From: Acidobacteriota bacterium
Lineage (GTDB): Bacteria > Acidobacteriota > Vicinamibacteria > Marinacidobacterales > Marinacidobacteraceae
Direction: 5' to 3'
DNA length: 64,000 nt
Assembly: GCA_022820545.1 (NCBI GenBank)
Contig: JAJEFG010000023.1
Span: 14,761-78,760 of the forward strand
A program made the translations under genes and the position numbers. This document shows, one piece after another, positions 26,791 through 35,781 of the stretch. The notes under the pieces were generated by a model that saw nothing but the letters and a program-made list of their open reading frames with translations, was not told the DNA's origin and did no database searches. Numbering within the stretch: position 1 is the stretch's first letter; each line of letters begins with the position of its first letter.

Positions 26791-28212
26791 GTGCCGATTG
26801 TCCTGCTTGCCGCCCTGCTGTTGATGGTCCCGGCGGCTGTTCTCGCCCAGGGAGGCGACCGGCCCACGGACACCGAACTGGGCTGGCTCGAGTCCTTTCT
26901 GATGACCGAGGAAGAGCGCCGTTCCTCGATCGAGGCGATCACCCACGGCGACCGGGAGGCCTTCCGGCGGCTGTTCTGGCTGCGCCGGGACCCGGACCCG
27001 TCCACTCCCCAGAACGAGACCCTCGACCTCTATCTGGCGCGGGTGCGGCTCGCCGATTCGACCTTTTCCGAGGACGGCGGTTACGGCGGGGATGACCGGT
27101 CGCGCGTGTTCGTGCTGCTCGGCATGCCGGTGCAGGTCCTGCCCCAGCCCGCTACCGAAGCGACTCCGGAAGGACTCCTCTGGGCCTTTCCACCCGATCC
27201 GGAGAACGGCCTCGCGGACACGCTGGAGGCCCTCTACTACCGGGACGAGGAGAGCCAACTCTTCCTCGAAAACCGTACCGCCGTTGACGAGAGCCTCGAA
27301 GAGATGAGGCGGCGTCTCATCACCCGGCCGGAGATCGGCTTCGAACGCGACGACGAGGGGAGGCTCGTGATCCCGAACCTCCCGGCGGGAGGATCGGCAC
27401 GAGCCCGGCGCGTGCTCGCCGGCCTGAGCGGGGACGGTCCGCCCGACAACGGGTTTTCCTTCCGCGTCACGCCGGCCTACTTCCGGGTGGACGACCGCGC
27501 GACCTACGTGGCGCTGCTCTTCGAGACTGCCGCCGAGGCGCTCGCCCCCGGGACGGACGGCCAGTTGGCGGCTTCGCTGTTCGCCAAGACCGCGTCGGCC
27601 GAGGCGGAAGGCCCGGGAGCCGCGACCTACCGGCTCGAGACGGCGCACACCGAGATCCGGTCCGCAGAAGGCCCCGTCCGTTTCGAGACCTCGCTGGTGC
27701 TCCCGCCGGGCCGGCACCGACTGCTGCTCGGCGTCGTGGACGAGCAGTCGGACGCCTTCGGGACCGCCCGGCTGGACATCGAGACGCCGGCGTTTCCCGA
27801 GGCCGAGCCCGGGTTCTCCTCGGTGGTCCTCTACGGCGACACCACGATGCAGGAATACAGCGGCCGCGTTCCCGGACGAGCCTTCCAATTCGGGCGCACC
27901 CACTTCGAACCCCGCTCGACGGCGGTGTTCCGGCAGGACGAGACGCTCGGCGCCTTCTATTTCTTCTACCCGGGGGAACGCGTGGACGACGGGGAGCTAC
28001 CGGAGATCGTGGCCGAGTACACCCTGAGCCGGGAGGGACGGGACACCGGTTTCGTCCGTCCGGAGGCGCTTCCCACGAGTACCCGCCAGGCCGCTGCCAA
28101 TGCGGAGATCGAATTGAGCGACTTCGCGCCGGGGCGCTACGAACTCGGAATCCGGGTCCTCTACGGCGAACAGGTCTACGAGACGCGGAAGGCGTTCACG
28201 CTGGTCCGCTGA
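26791..28212 (+). CDS. GWxTD-domain protein (secreted)
   Basis: Signal peptide. FRRLFWLRRDPDPSTPQNETLDLYLARVRLADSTF followed by GYGGDDRSRVFVLLGMP matches the GWxTD-domain layout, with a degenerate GWxTD. GTG start. Confidence 0.65.
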   Translation: MPIVLLAALLLMVPAAVLAQGGDRPTDTELGWLESFLMTEEERRSSIEAITHGDREAFRRLFWLRRDPDPSTPQNETLDLYLARVRLADSTFSEDGGYGGDDRSRVFVLLGMPVQVLPQPATEATPEGLLWAFPPDPENGLADTLEALYYRDEESQLFLENRTAVDESLEEMRRRLITRPEIGFERDDEGRLVIPNLPAGGSARARRVLAGLSGDGPPDNGFSFRVTPAYFRVDDRATYVALLFETAAEALAPGTDGQLAASLFAKTASAEAEGPGAATYRLETAHTEIRSAEGPVRFETSLVLPPGRHRLLLGVVDEQSDAFGTARLDIETPAFPEAEPGFSSVVLYGDTTMQEYSGRVPGRAFQFGRTHFEPRSTAVFRQDETLGAFYFFYPGERVDDGELPEIVAEYTLSREGRDTGFVRPEALPTSTRQAAANAEIELSDFAPGRYELGIRVLYGEQVYETRKAFTLVR

Positions 28213-28240
28213 ACTCGTAGGCGCCGCCTCCGGCGGTCGG

Positions 28241-28266
28241 CGATGCCGGCCGGAGGCCGGCGCTCC
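28241..28266 (-). repeat. REP-like element core, copy 2 (reverse orientation)
   Basis: CGATGCCGGCCGGAGGCCGGCGCTCC is the reverse complement of the copy-1 core. An adjacent second hairpin CCGCC-TCC-GGCGG lies at 28224..28236. It sits between convergent stops. Confidence 0.65.
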
Positions 28267-28271
28267 AGCGT

Positions 28272-28763
28272 TCAGGGCCGGCACTGCCCCGTGACGACCG
28301 TGTCGTTGTCCTCCATGTAGTGGACTTCGTACGGGCATTCGATCCCGGTGATTCCGGCGAACTTCCCGGTGCCGCCGGTGAACACGAAGGCGCCCTGGCC
28401 GCCGCCCCCGGCCTCGACGTCGCCCGAGTCCCGATGGGCCTCCAGAAACACCTCGTCCTCGTCGGGATCGTGGAGCGTGCAGTGGGAGTCGATGGCGATC
28501 GCGGAACCCTCGACCTTGATGGCGGTGGCGCAGGTCCCGTGGAGCCGGGTGTCCTCGGTGAACGGGCTCTCCGGACCCGCGTAGGGAATGGTCAGCACGC
28601 CATGCAGCGAGCCGGCCGTAAGCGAGTGATCCCCGTGCCCGATGGTGGTGTAGTCCCGCTGTCCGACGAAGACGAAGCGGAAAACGTCGTCGGCCTGCGC
28701 GAAGGCGGGCGCGGAGGCACCCGCGAGCATGGCGGCGAGCAACGACAGACGCGTCAGGAACAT
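28272..28763 (-). CDS. hypothetical secreted protein
   Basis: Signal peptide MFLTRLSLLAAMLAGASAPAFAQ. Beta-rich sequence with 4 Cys. No recognised family. Confidence 0.55.
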   Translation of the reverse strand: MFLTRLSLLAAMLAGASAPAFAQADDVFRFVFVGQRDYTTIGHGDHSLTAGSLHGVLTIPYAGPESPFTEDTRLHGTCATAIKVEGSAIAIDSHCTLHDPDEDEVFLEAHRDSGDVEAGGGGQGAFVFTGGTGKFAGITGIECPYEVHYMEDNDTVVTGQCRP

Positions 28764-28798
28764 GAGTACCTCCTTTGACGTCCCCGGGAATTCCGGGT

Positions 28799-29638
28799 TC
28801 AGGAACCGAGATGTTCCCGGAAGAAGCGGACGGTCATCGGCCAGGCCTGCGAGGACGCCGTCAGATTCCGTCCCTCGCGGCCGTCCTGGGCGCGCAGGAA
28901 CCCGTGCCCCGCGCCGTCGAAGATCTCGACCTGGAAGTACTTCCCCAGTTCCTCCATCCGCTCCTGCGCCGGCGGAATCGTCTCGTTCACTCGCGCGTCG
29001 TCGCCCGCGTAGAGGCCGAGCACCGGCGCCGCGATGGCGGCGAGTGTCTCGTTCTCGGCTGAGGTCCCGTAGTAGACGACCGCGGCGCCGAGCTCCGGAT
29101 CGTGGGTGGCGAACGTGAAGCTCGTGCGTCCCCCCCAGCAGAAGCCGACCACCCCGTAGGAGTCGCGGGCGGCAGGCAGCGCAGTGGCCCAGTCCGCCAC
29201 CGCCTTCAGCCGGGTGTGCACCTCATCGCGGTCGAGTTCCCGGATCAGCGCCCGCGCCCCGTCGTTGTCCACCGAATCGGTCCGCCCCCCGTCCGGCCCC
29301 TTGCCGGTCAACAGGTCGGGAGCGATCGCGATGAAACCCTGGGAAGCCATTTCGTCCGCCACCGCGCGAATCCAGTCGGTGAGCCCGAAGATCTCGTGGA
29401 TGACGACCACCACCGGCGCCGTATCCGACCGTTCCGGATAGACGATCCACGACTCGACCGCGTCACCGCCTGGCGCCGGCACGGAGACCCACTCGCCGTG
29501 GCGCGGGGAGGTGTTCAGCCGGTCGCGGGCGGTGTCGGCGGAGCCGGGGAGCTCCTGCGTGTAAGCCGACCCGGCGGCCACGAAAGCGACGGCCAAGAGC
29601 AGTAGAGCAGAGCGCGGAATGGAGGGAATCGAACGCAT
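28799..29638 (-). CDS. dienelactone hydrolase family protein (secreted)
   Basis: VVVVIHEIFGL, nucleophile elbow GVVGFCWGG, and C-terminal GAGHGF. Start is set at MRSIPS before the signal peptide. The track start is 29731. Confidence 0.85.
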   Translation of the reverse strand: MRSIPSIPRSALLLLAVAFVAAGSAYTQELPGSADTARDRLNTSPRHGEWVSVPAPGGDAVESWIVYPERSDTAPVVVVIHEIFGLTDWIRAVADEMASQGFIAIAPDLLTGKGPDGGRTDSVDNDGARALIRELDRDEVHTRLKAVADWATALPAARDSYGVVGFCWGGRTSFTFATHDPELGAAVVYYGTSAENETLAAIAAPVLGLYAGDDARVNETIPPAQERMEELGKYFQVEIFDGAGHGFLRAQDGREGRNLTASSQAWPMTVRFFREHLGS

Positions 29639-29684
29639 TCGCCGAGTATAGTCCTGCCCGATCGAGCCAATTCCGACCGAGAGA

Positions 29685-30419
29685 ATGAGCAGCGAAGTAC
29701 CCGGCAACCGCCCGGGAGTCAGGAGCGCCAACGCGCCGCGGCGCGGCGGCAGATGGGCGATCGCCGCCGCCCTGGGACTCGTGGTGTCCCTCTGGGCGGT
29801 CTTCTTCTACGCACCCACCGAACTCACGATGGGCGACCTCCAGCGGCTCTTCTACTTCCATATTGCTTCCTGGTGGCTCGCCTTCGCCGCCTTTCTGCTG
29901 GTTGCGGGGGCGAGCATCGCCTGGCTCCGCACCCGGAACCCGCGTTACGACATGGCGGCGCTCGCGGCTGCCGAGATCGGCACGCTCTTCGCCACCACCG
30001 GACTCGCGATGGGGATCATCTGGGCCAAGCCGGCGTGGGGGATCTGGTGGACCTGGGACGCCCGGCTGACGACGGCCTTCGTCCTCTGGCTGATCTACGT
30101 CGGCTATCTCCTGCTGCGGGGCTACGTGGACGACCCCACCCGGCGGGCCAACCTGGCGGCGGTGCTCGGCATCCTGGGGGGCGCCGATGTCCCGATCGTG
30201 TACTTCTCGATCCGCTGGTGGCGCACCCAGCATCCGGCGCCGGTGATCATGGGCGGGCCGGACTCGGGGCTCCACCCCGACATGTGGGTCGCGCTGGTCA
30301 TCTGCCTCGCCGCCTTCACGTTCCTCTTCATCTGGCTCTTCCGGTGGCGGATGGAACTGGAGCGGGAAACGCGTTCGGTCGAAGCGCTTCGCCACCGGCG
30401 GCTCGCGGAGGCGCCATGA
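29685..30419 (+). CDS. ccmC: heme exporter protein C (cytochrome c maturation)
   Basis: WWD motif WAKPAWGIWWTWDARLTT and six TM segments. Confidence 0.9.
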   Translation: MSSEVPGNRPGVRSANAPRRGGRWAIAAALGLVVSLWAVFFYAPTELTMGDLQRLFYFHIASWWLAFAAFLLVAGASIAWLRTRNPRYDMAALAAAEIGTLFATTGLAMGIIWAKPAWGIWWTWDARLTTAFVLWLIYVGYLLLRGYVDDPTRRANLAAVLGILGGADVPIVYFSIRWWRTQHPAPVIMGGPDSGLHPDMWVALVICLAAFTFLFIWLFRWRMELERETRSVEALRHRRLAEAP

Positions 30420-30559
30420 ACGACTGGCTCTCCGCCGGTTACACCGCCTTCTTCGTGCTGCTCGGGGCGTACGTGGTCCGGTTGGGACTCCTCGAACGCA
30501 GTCTCCGCCGCGAACGTACGCGCCTCGGGGCCGACGAAGCTCCAACCGGCGACCCATGA
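30416..30559 (+). CDS. ccmD: heme exporter protein D
   Basis: 47-aa single-TM peptide MNDWLSAGYTAFFVLLGAYVV. Its ATG overlaps the ccmC stop (ATGA). It appears only as the tail of a longer ORF in the track. Confidence 0.6.
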   Translation: MNDWLSAGYTAFFVLLGAYVVRLGLLERSLRRERTRLGADEAPTGDP

Positions 30560-31299
30560 GAAGGCTCGACGGCGTCGCGGCGCTCATCACCGGCGCCTCT
30601 TCGGGCATCGGGCGCGGCCTCGCCCGGGTCTTCCTCCAGGAGGGAGCGCAGGTGTTCCTCACCGCCCGCGGCGAGGACCGCCTCCAGGAGACTGCCGGCG
30701 AACTCGAAGCGGCGCACCCGGGGCGGATCGGCCACGCCGCCTCGGACGTGGGGGACCCGGACTCCGCGGGGGCCATGGCGCGCGCCGCGCTCGCGCGTTT
30801 CCCCGACCTCTCGGTGCTGGTGAACAACGCCTCCGTCCTGGGGGTGCGGGCGCCCATCATCGAGCAGGACCCGGAGGTCTGGGCGGAGACGCTGCGGATC
30901 AACACCGCGAGCCTCCTCTACGTCACGAAGCCGCTCCTCCCGGCCTTCCTCGAGCGGGAAACCGCCTCCATCATCAACGTCAGCTCGACCGTGGGCCGCA
31001 TCGGCAAGCCCAACTGGGGCCCCTACGCGGTGTCCAAGTTCGGCCTCGAGGGGTTCACCCAGACGCTCGCCGCGGAGCTTGCGGACACCGGGGTCCGGGT
31101 GAACAGCGTCAACCCGGGAGCGACCCGCACCCCGATGCGCGCCGCCGCCTACCCGGCGGAAGACCCGCTGACGCTGCCGACTCCAGAGGAGATCGCCGAG
31201 GTCTTCGTGGTGCTCGCCTCCCGGGAATCGGCGGGCGTCACCGGCCAGGCGCTGAACGCCCGTGACTACCTCGAGAAGGAGGGATCCCCATGGGCGTAA
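30556..31299 (+). CDS. short-chain dehydrogenase/reductase
   Basis: TGASSGIG, NNAS and YAVSK motifs. The start overlaps the ccmD stop. Confidence 0.85.
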   Translation: MRRLDGVAALITGASSGIGRGLARVFLQEGAQVFLTARGEDRLQETAGELEAAHPGRIGHAASDVGDPDSAGAMARAALARFPDLSVLVNNASVLGVRAPIIEQDPEVWAETLRINTASLLYVTKPLLPAFLERETASIINVSSTVGRIGKPNWGPYAVSKFGLEGFTQTLAAELADTGVRVNSVNPGATRTPMRAAAYPAEDPLTLPTPEEIAEVFVVLASRESAGVTGQALNARDYLEKEGSPWA

Positions 31300-32591
31300 C
31301 CGACCGCTTTGGGACCCGCTTCGGAAGCGCGATGGCCCTGATCGGCGTTGCCGTAGGCCTCGCCAATGTCTGGCGGTTCCCCTACATGGCGGGGCAATAC
31401 GGCGGTGGGGCCTTCGTCGCCGTCTACCTCCTCTTCGTCCTCGTGCTCGGTGCTCCGGCCGTGATCGCCGAGTGGAGCCTGGGCCGGCTGACCCGCGCCG
31501 GTCCAGGCGGCGCCTTCACCAAGATCGGGATGCCGGGCGGTCGGTTTGTTGGCGGCCTGCTCTTCCTGACCGTCTTCATGGCCACCTCGTACTACACGGT
31601 GGTGGTGGCCCAGGTCCTCTTCTACGCCGCGCTCGGCGGGGTGGTCGCCGAGCCCGAGGCCTTCTACGCCCGGAACTTCGGCGGAATGACGCTGCTCAAC
31701 GTCAGCCTTACGGTGCTCGTCTTCGGGGCGATGGGCCTGGTGGCCGCCTTCGGGGTGCGGCGCGGCATCGAGCGCCTGTCCCGGATCGCGATGCCGCTCG
31801 TCGCGATCGGCCTGGTGGTGGTCGCCATCCGCTCGGTCACTCTCCCCGGCGCTGCCGAAGGGATCCGCTATCTGCTCTGGCCCGACCTCGACCGGGTGAC
31901 CGCGCAGACGTTCCTCGCCGCGCTGGGCCAAGCGTTCTTCAGCATCTCGCTCGGCGGCACCTTCTTCCTCGCCTACGGCAGCTACCTGCCGTCTACCGCC
32001 AACCTGCGCCAGCTCGCGGGCTCGACGATCTTCGGCGATTCGGGCGCCGCCATCCTGGGCGGGCTTGCGGTCCTGCCGGCCGCTTTTGCCCTCGGGGTGG
32101 AACCTGCCTCGGGACCACCGCTGCTGTTCTTCACGTTGCCGCGCGCGTTCGCGTCCATGCCCGGGGGCGAGTTCTTCGGCCCGGTGTTCTTCATCACCCT
32201 TTTCCTCGCTGCCTTCCTGTCGGCGCTTGCGGGGCTCGAGGTAGTGGTGAACTCCGCGATCCCCTGGACCGGCTGGAGCCGCCAACGGGTGGTCGCCGCC
32301 GCAATCGCGGTTCAGATCCCGCTGGCGCTGCCGTCGATGGTCAGTTCCGACTACCTGGCGTGGAGCGACCTGATCTGGGGCTCGACCCTCCAACCACTCG
32401 GCTCGGCGCTCGCCCTGATCGGTCTCGGGTTCTTCGTGTCGCGGGGCCGGACGCTCGCCGAGGCGAGCCGGGGCTCCACGAAGCCCGTCGGAGGTCTGTG
32501 GCTCTTCTGGATCCGCTGGGTCATCCCCGCGGCCATCGTGGTCATTCTGCTCTGGGGCTGGAGCGGCACGCTGCGGGAACTCTTCGCGTGA
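31290..32591 (+). CDS. sodium-dependent transporter (NSS/SNF family)
   Basis: GLANVWRFPYMAGQYGGGAF is the NSS TM1 signature, and the protein has multiple TM segments. Confidence 0.9.
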   Translation: MGVTDRFGTRFGSAMALIGVAVGLANVWRFPYMAGQYGGGAFVAVYLLFVLVLGAPAVIAEWSLGRLTRAGPGGAFTKIGMPGGRFVGGLLFLTVFMATSYYTVVVAQVLFYAALGGVVAEPEAFYARNFGGMTLLNVSLTVLVFGAMGLVAAFGVRRGIERLSRIAMPLVAIGLVVVAIRSVTLPGAAEGIRYLLWPDLDRVTAQTFLAALGQAFFSISLGGTFFLAYGSYLPSTANLRQLAGSTIFGDSGAAILGGLAVLPAAFALGVEPASGPPLLFFTLPRAFASMPGGEFFGPVFFITLFLAAFLSALAGLEVVVNSAIPWTGWSRQRVVAAAIAVQIPLALPSMVSSDYLAWSDLIWGSTLQPLGSALALIGLGFFVSRGRTLAEASRGSTKPVGGLWLFWIRWVIPAAIVVILLWGWSGTLRELFA

Positions 32592-33514
32592 GCGGGGAAG
32601 GAGCGCCGCTCCTGGTCCGGCACGGGCAACTCCACTTTTTCGTCCGGGAAGCGCTGAAGCGGGTGCGGTTGGCGCCGGAACTGGCGTCGCAGACGGCGGA
32701 CGCGATGGTGGCGGCCAACCTCGCCGGCGACGACGCCGACGGCGTGGCCTGGTTGCCCGAGCTGGCCCGGAAGCTCTCCACCCGGCACGTGAACACCGCT
32801 CCGGAGATGAAGCTGGTGGCGTCGTCGGGCGGCACCGCGGTGCTCGACGGCGACAACGGGCCGGGCCCCGCGGTCGCCCACCGGGCGATGACCGAAGCCA
32901 TCGGCGGAGCCAACCGCCACGGCGTGGGGAGCACGGCGGTACGCCGCGGCAACCGCCTCGGCTCGGCGGGGCACTTCGCGTCGCTGGCGCTTCCCCACCA
33001 GATGTCGGGCATTGCGATCTCCGGCGATCCGGGAAGTCCGGAACCGGGCGCCTCTCCTGCCGCCACCCACCCGGTCGCGCTCGGAATTGCGGTGCCGACC
33101 GCGGAAACGGCGGCGCCGCTCGTCCTGAACCTGCATCTTGAGGAGGGCGGAGCCGAGCGGGAACTCGCCCTGGCGCTGGCGCTCGAATTCCTCGTGAGCC
33201 TCGGAGGCGCCGCGCTTCCGGCGGAATTCACGGCTGAGCCCCGCCCCGAACCGGTCCACGGCGGAACCGGGCAGTTGTTCCTCGCCTTCCGGGTTCGCGC
33301 CTTTGCCCCCTGGGCCGGCTTCCGCAACCGGATGGTGGAGCGGCTCTCCCAGTTGCGGCGGGCCAGGATCGACTATCCGGGGCAGGAAGCCGCCGCCGTC
33401 GAGGAGCAGCGCCGCACCCGCGGAATCCTCCTCGACCTGAAGACAACGGACTCCCTGCGCCAGCTCGCCTACCAGCTCGGCATGAATGAGATCTGGGACG
33501 GACTGGGGAAGTAG
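32588..33514 (+). CDS. Ldh2-family (malate/L-lactate dehydrogenase type 2)-like protein, possibly non-canonical
   Basis: This is the 3' third of track ORF 31262..33514. The GTG start overlaps the NSS stop (GTGA). The layout matches the Ldh_2 family, but the expected SHG and N-x-H motifs read ADG (GDDADGVAWLP) and NRL (RRGNRLGSAGHF). Confidence 0.6.
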   Translation: MSGEGAPLLVRHGQLHFFVREALKRVRLAPELASQTADAMVAANLAGDDADGVAWLPELARKLSTRHVNTAPEMKLVASSGGTAVLDGDNGPGPAVAHRAMTEAIGGANRHGVGSTAVRRGNRLGSAGHFASLALPHQMSGIAISGDPGSPEPGASPAATHPVALGIAVPTAETAAPLVLNLHLEEGGAERELALALALEFLVSLGGAALPAEFTAEPRPEPVHGGTGQLFLAFRVRAFAPWAGFRNRMVERLSQLRRARIDYPGQEAAAVEEQRRTRGILLDLKTTDSLRQLAYQLGMNEIWDGLGK

Positions 33515-33547
33515 GGGAGATCCCGGGAGCGTTTCGCTGGCCGAAAG

Positions 33548-33602
33548 GATCGGAGCGCCGGCCTCCGGCCGGCATCGCCGCGCGGAGCGAGGCGAAACGC
33601 AC
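33548..33602 (+). repeat. REP-like two-hairpin element, copy 3
   Basis: GATCGGAGCGCCGGCCTCCGGCCGGCATCG, then a variable segment, then GAAACGCAC. The first 30 nt and last 9 nt are the exact inverted complement of copy 4. Confidence 0.75.
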
Positions 33603-33663
33603 CAGGGAATCATCCTCATCGCCAACACCCGGCCGGGCTCATCCCAGGTGGCCTGGCGACGGC

Positions 33664-33716
33664 GTGCGTTTCGCGGCCTTTGGCCGCGATGCCGGCCGGA
33701 GGCCGGCGCTCCGATC
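33664..33716 (-). repeat. REP-like two-hairpin element, copy 4 (reverse orientation)
   Basis: GTGCGTTTC, then GCGGCC-TTT-GGCCGC, then CGATGCCGGCCGGAGGCCGGCGCTCCGATC. It abuts the stop codon of the 33715..35775 gene. Confidence 0.75.
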
Positions 33717-35775
33717 AGCGGTGGACGAAAGTTGCTTTCGTCCGGGGGCCGTTCTCGATGAAGTTCCGGACCCCGATCCGCCTGTCCTCGAGCGCGCAGC
33801 CCTCGCCGAAGAGTCGTATCTCGTGCTCCAGTCCGTCAGCCAGATTCATCGCGGCGCCCTCGCGGACCGCCCGCTGGATGAACCCGTCCACGGCGCGGGA
33901 GAGATGGCCGAGGTCCACGTCCGGACACGTCTCCGGGGTGGGGATCGGCCCCGCAGGCATCTCCGGCAGCGCGCGTTCACCCCGCGCGGCTTCGGCGACG
34001 AGCTGAACCGCCCGCTCCCGGAGCCGCTCGCCCGGGACCAGCTCGCTGACCAGCCCGAGTTCGAGCGCCTCCGCCGCCGAGACCGGCCGTCCGGTCCGGA
34101 GGATCTCCCAGGCGGTTTCCACGCCGATCAGGCGGGGCAGCCGCTGGGTGTCGCCGGCGCCCGGGATGATGCCCAGGTTCGGCTCCGGCTGCATCGCGAG
34201 CACGCGGAGTCCCTCCCGGGCGATCCGGGCGTGGCAGGCCATGGCCAACTCGTTGCCGCCGCCGACCGCCATCCCGTTGAGGGCGCAGACCACCGGCTTC
34301 CCGAGACCCGCGATGCGGTTCAGGACCTCGTGCGAGGCGCGGGAGAGCCGCTCCCCGTCCTCCGGCCCCCCGATCCGGGCCAGCGTCCGCACGTCGGCGC
34401 CGGAGACGAACGCCTTCACCCCGAAGCCGGTGATCACCATCCCGAGGACCCGGTCGTCCGCCGCGACGTCGGCACGGTGGGCGTCCAGTTCCCGGAAGAC
34501 GTCTTCGTCGAGCGCGCCGAGCACCTCCGGCCGGCGGATGGTCAGCACCGCCACCGCGGCCGGCCCCGCCGGAACGTCGCGGCGGCCCACCCGGGAGACC
34601 GGCCGGGACGTCCATTCCGGAAGCCGGCCGGCGAACCCGGCGGCGTCGAAGAAGTCCGGTTCCCGCTCCCGGTACGAGTCGAGGAGTGCCGAAACGCGGG
34701 CGGACCCGAGTTTCCGCATCAGCCCGAAGGGATGCACCACCGCCAGGGCGAGGTGGCACGCCATGTCCAGGTCCGGGACCGAGATCGCTCCGTCCGCGGC
34801 GGTCCAGACGGCGAGTCCCAGGTACGCGGCGGTGATCCGCTCCTCGATGCGTCTCGCGCGCTCCTCGGGAACCGCCACCTCTTCGCCGCGGGCGGGCACG
34901 TCCCACACCCGGCCGGTGGGCCCCTCCTCCGCCACCGCCTCCTCGAGGAGCCGCGGGACCCGGAACCAGGGGTGGAGCCGCTCGTGCATCTCCGAGAACC
35001 CCTCGTAGGTGATCGGGTTGCCGCCGGTCAGGTTCATGGCGGTGAACGGCCCGATCCCGAGGCGGAGCGTCCGGCGGGCGACGTCGTCCACCTCCTTCGA
35101 CGTGCCGAGTCCCTCCTCGACCGCGAGCGCCGCCGCGAGGAACATTCCCTCGAAGATGGGGTTCAGGGCGTGGCCGAACCGGCTCTCGACGGCCACCGGC
35201 ACCTTGCCGATCTCCTCGTAGAAGCCGAGCAGCCACGGCACGAGTCCGCGGGCGGGTTCGGCGGCGACGATCTCCACGACCGGGTTGCGCTCCGCCGGGA
35301 AGAAGTAGTGCGCCACCGCCGCGCGGCCCGGTTCGGCGAGCTCGGAGAAGATGCGGGACGGCTCGATGTGGGAGGAGTTCGAGAGCAGCACCGCTTCGGG
35401 GCCGGCAAGTTCCTCCACCGATGCGAAGATGCGCCGCTTGATGGCCAGGTCTTCGGACGCCGCCTCGATGACCAGGTCCACCTCCGCGAGCCGGCCGTAG
35501 TCGCTCGTGAACTCGACGGAGCCGCGCATCCGCTCGGCCTGGGAATCACGGAACGCGCCGGAGCGGACCCCCTTGTCGATCTTGCCGAACATCTTCTCGC
35601 GGCCGGCTTCGAGGGCCGCGTCCGCGATGTCCAGCACCACCGTCTCCACCCCGTGGGGGGAGAGGGTCTTGACCAGGTGAAGGGCGATGTCGGGCCCGAT
35701 CTGACCCGAGCCGATGACGGCGGCGCGGCGGATGTCCCGGCCGCGCCAGGAAAAGCTCCCCGGCTGACTGCCCAC
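33715..35775 (-). CDS. bifunctional 3-hydroxyacyl-CoA dehydrogenase / enoyl-CoA hydratase family protein
   Basis: N-terminal Rossmann motif AAVIGSGQIGPDIA. The C-terminal crotonase fold has VVCALNGMAVGGGNELAMAC. Confidence 0.9.
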   Translation of the reverse strand: MGSQPGSFSWRGRDIRRAAVIGSGQIGPDIALHLVKTLSPHGVETVVLDIADAALEAGREKMFGKIDKGVRSGAFRDSQAERMRGSVEFTSDYGRLAEVDLVIEAASEDLAIKRRIFASVEELAGPEAVLLSNSSHIEPSRIFSELAEPGRAAVAHYFFPAERNPVVEIVAAEPARGLVPWLLGFYEEIGKVPVAVESRFGHALNPIFEGMFLAAALAVEEGLGTSKEVDDVARRTLRLGIGPFTAMNLTGGNPITYEGFSEMHERLHPWFRVPRLLEEAVAEEGPTGRVWDVPARGEEVAVPEERARRIEERITAAYLGLAVWTAADGAISVPDLDMACHLALAVVHPFGLMRKLGSARVSALLDSYREREPDFFDAAGFAGRLPEWTSRPVSRVGRRDVPAGPAAVAVLTIRRPEVLGALDEDVFRELDAHRADVAADDRVLGMVITGFGVKAFVSGADVRTLARIGGPEDGERLSRASHEVLNRIAGLGKPVVCALNGMAVGGGNELAMACHARIAREGLRVLAMQPEPNLGIIPGAGDTQRLPRLIGVETAWEILRTGRPVSAAEALELGLVSELVPGERLRERAVQLVAEAARGERALPEMPAGPIPTPETCPDVDLGHLSRAVDGFIQRAVREGAAMNLADGLEHEIRLFGEGCALEDRRIGVRNFIENGPRTKATFVHR

Positions 35776-35781
35776 CGGCCC

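Noticed and set aside
31262-32587. 5' two-thirds of the 750-aa ORF 31262..33514
   Set aside because: It overlaps the NSS transporter in another frame, and its sequence is Arg/Pro/Gly-rich. Only the part from GTG 32588 onward shows Ldh2-like similarity.
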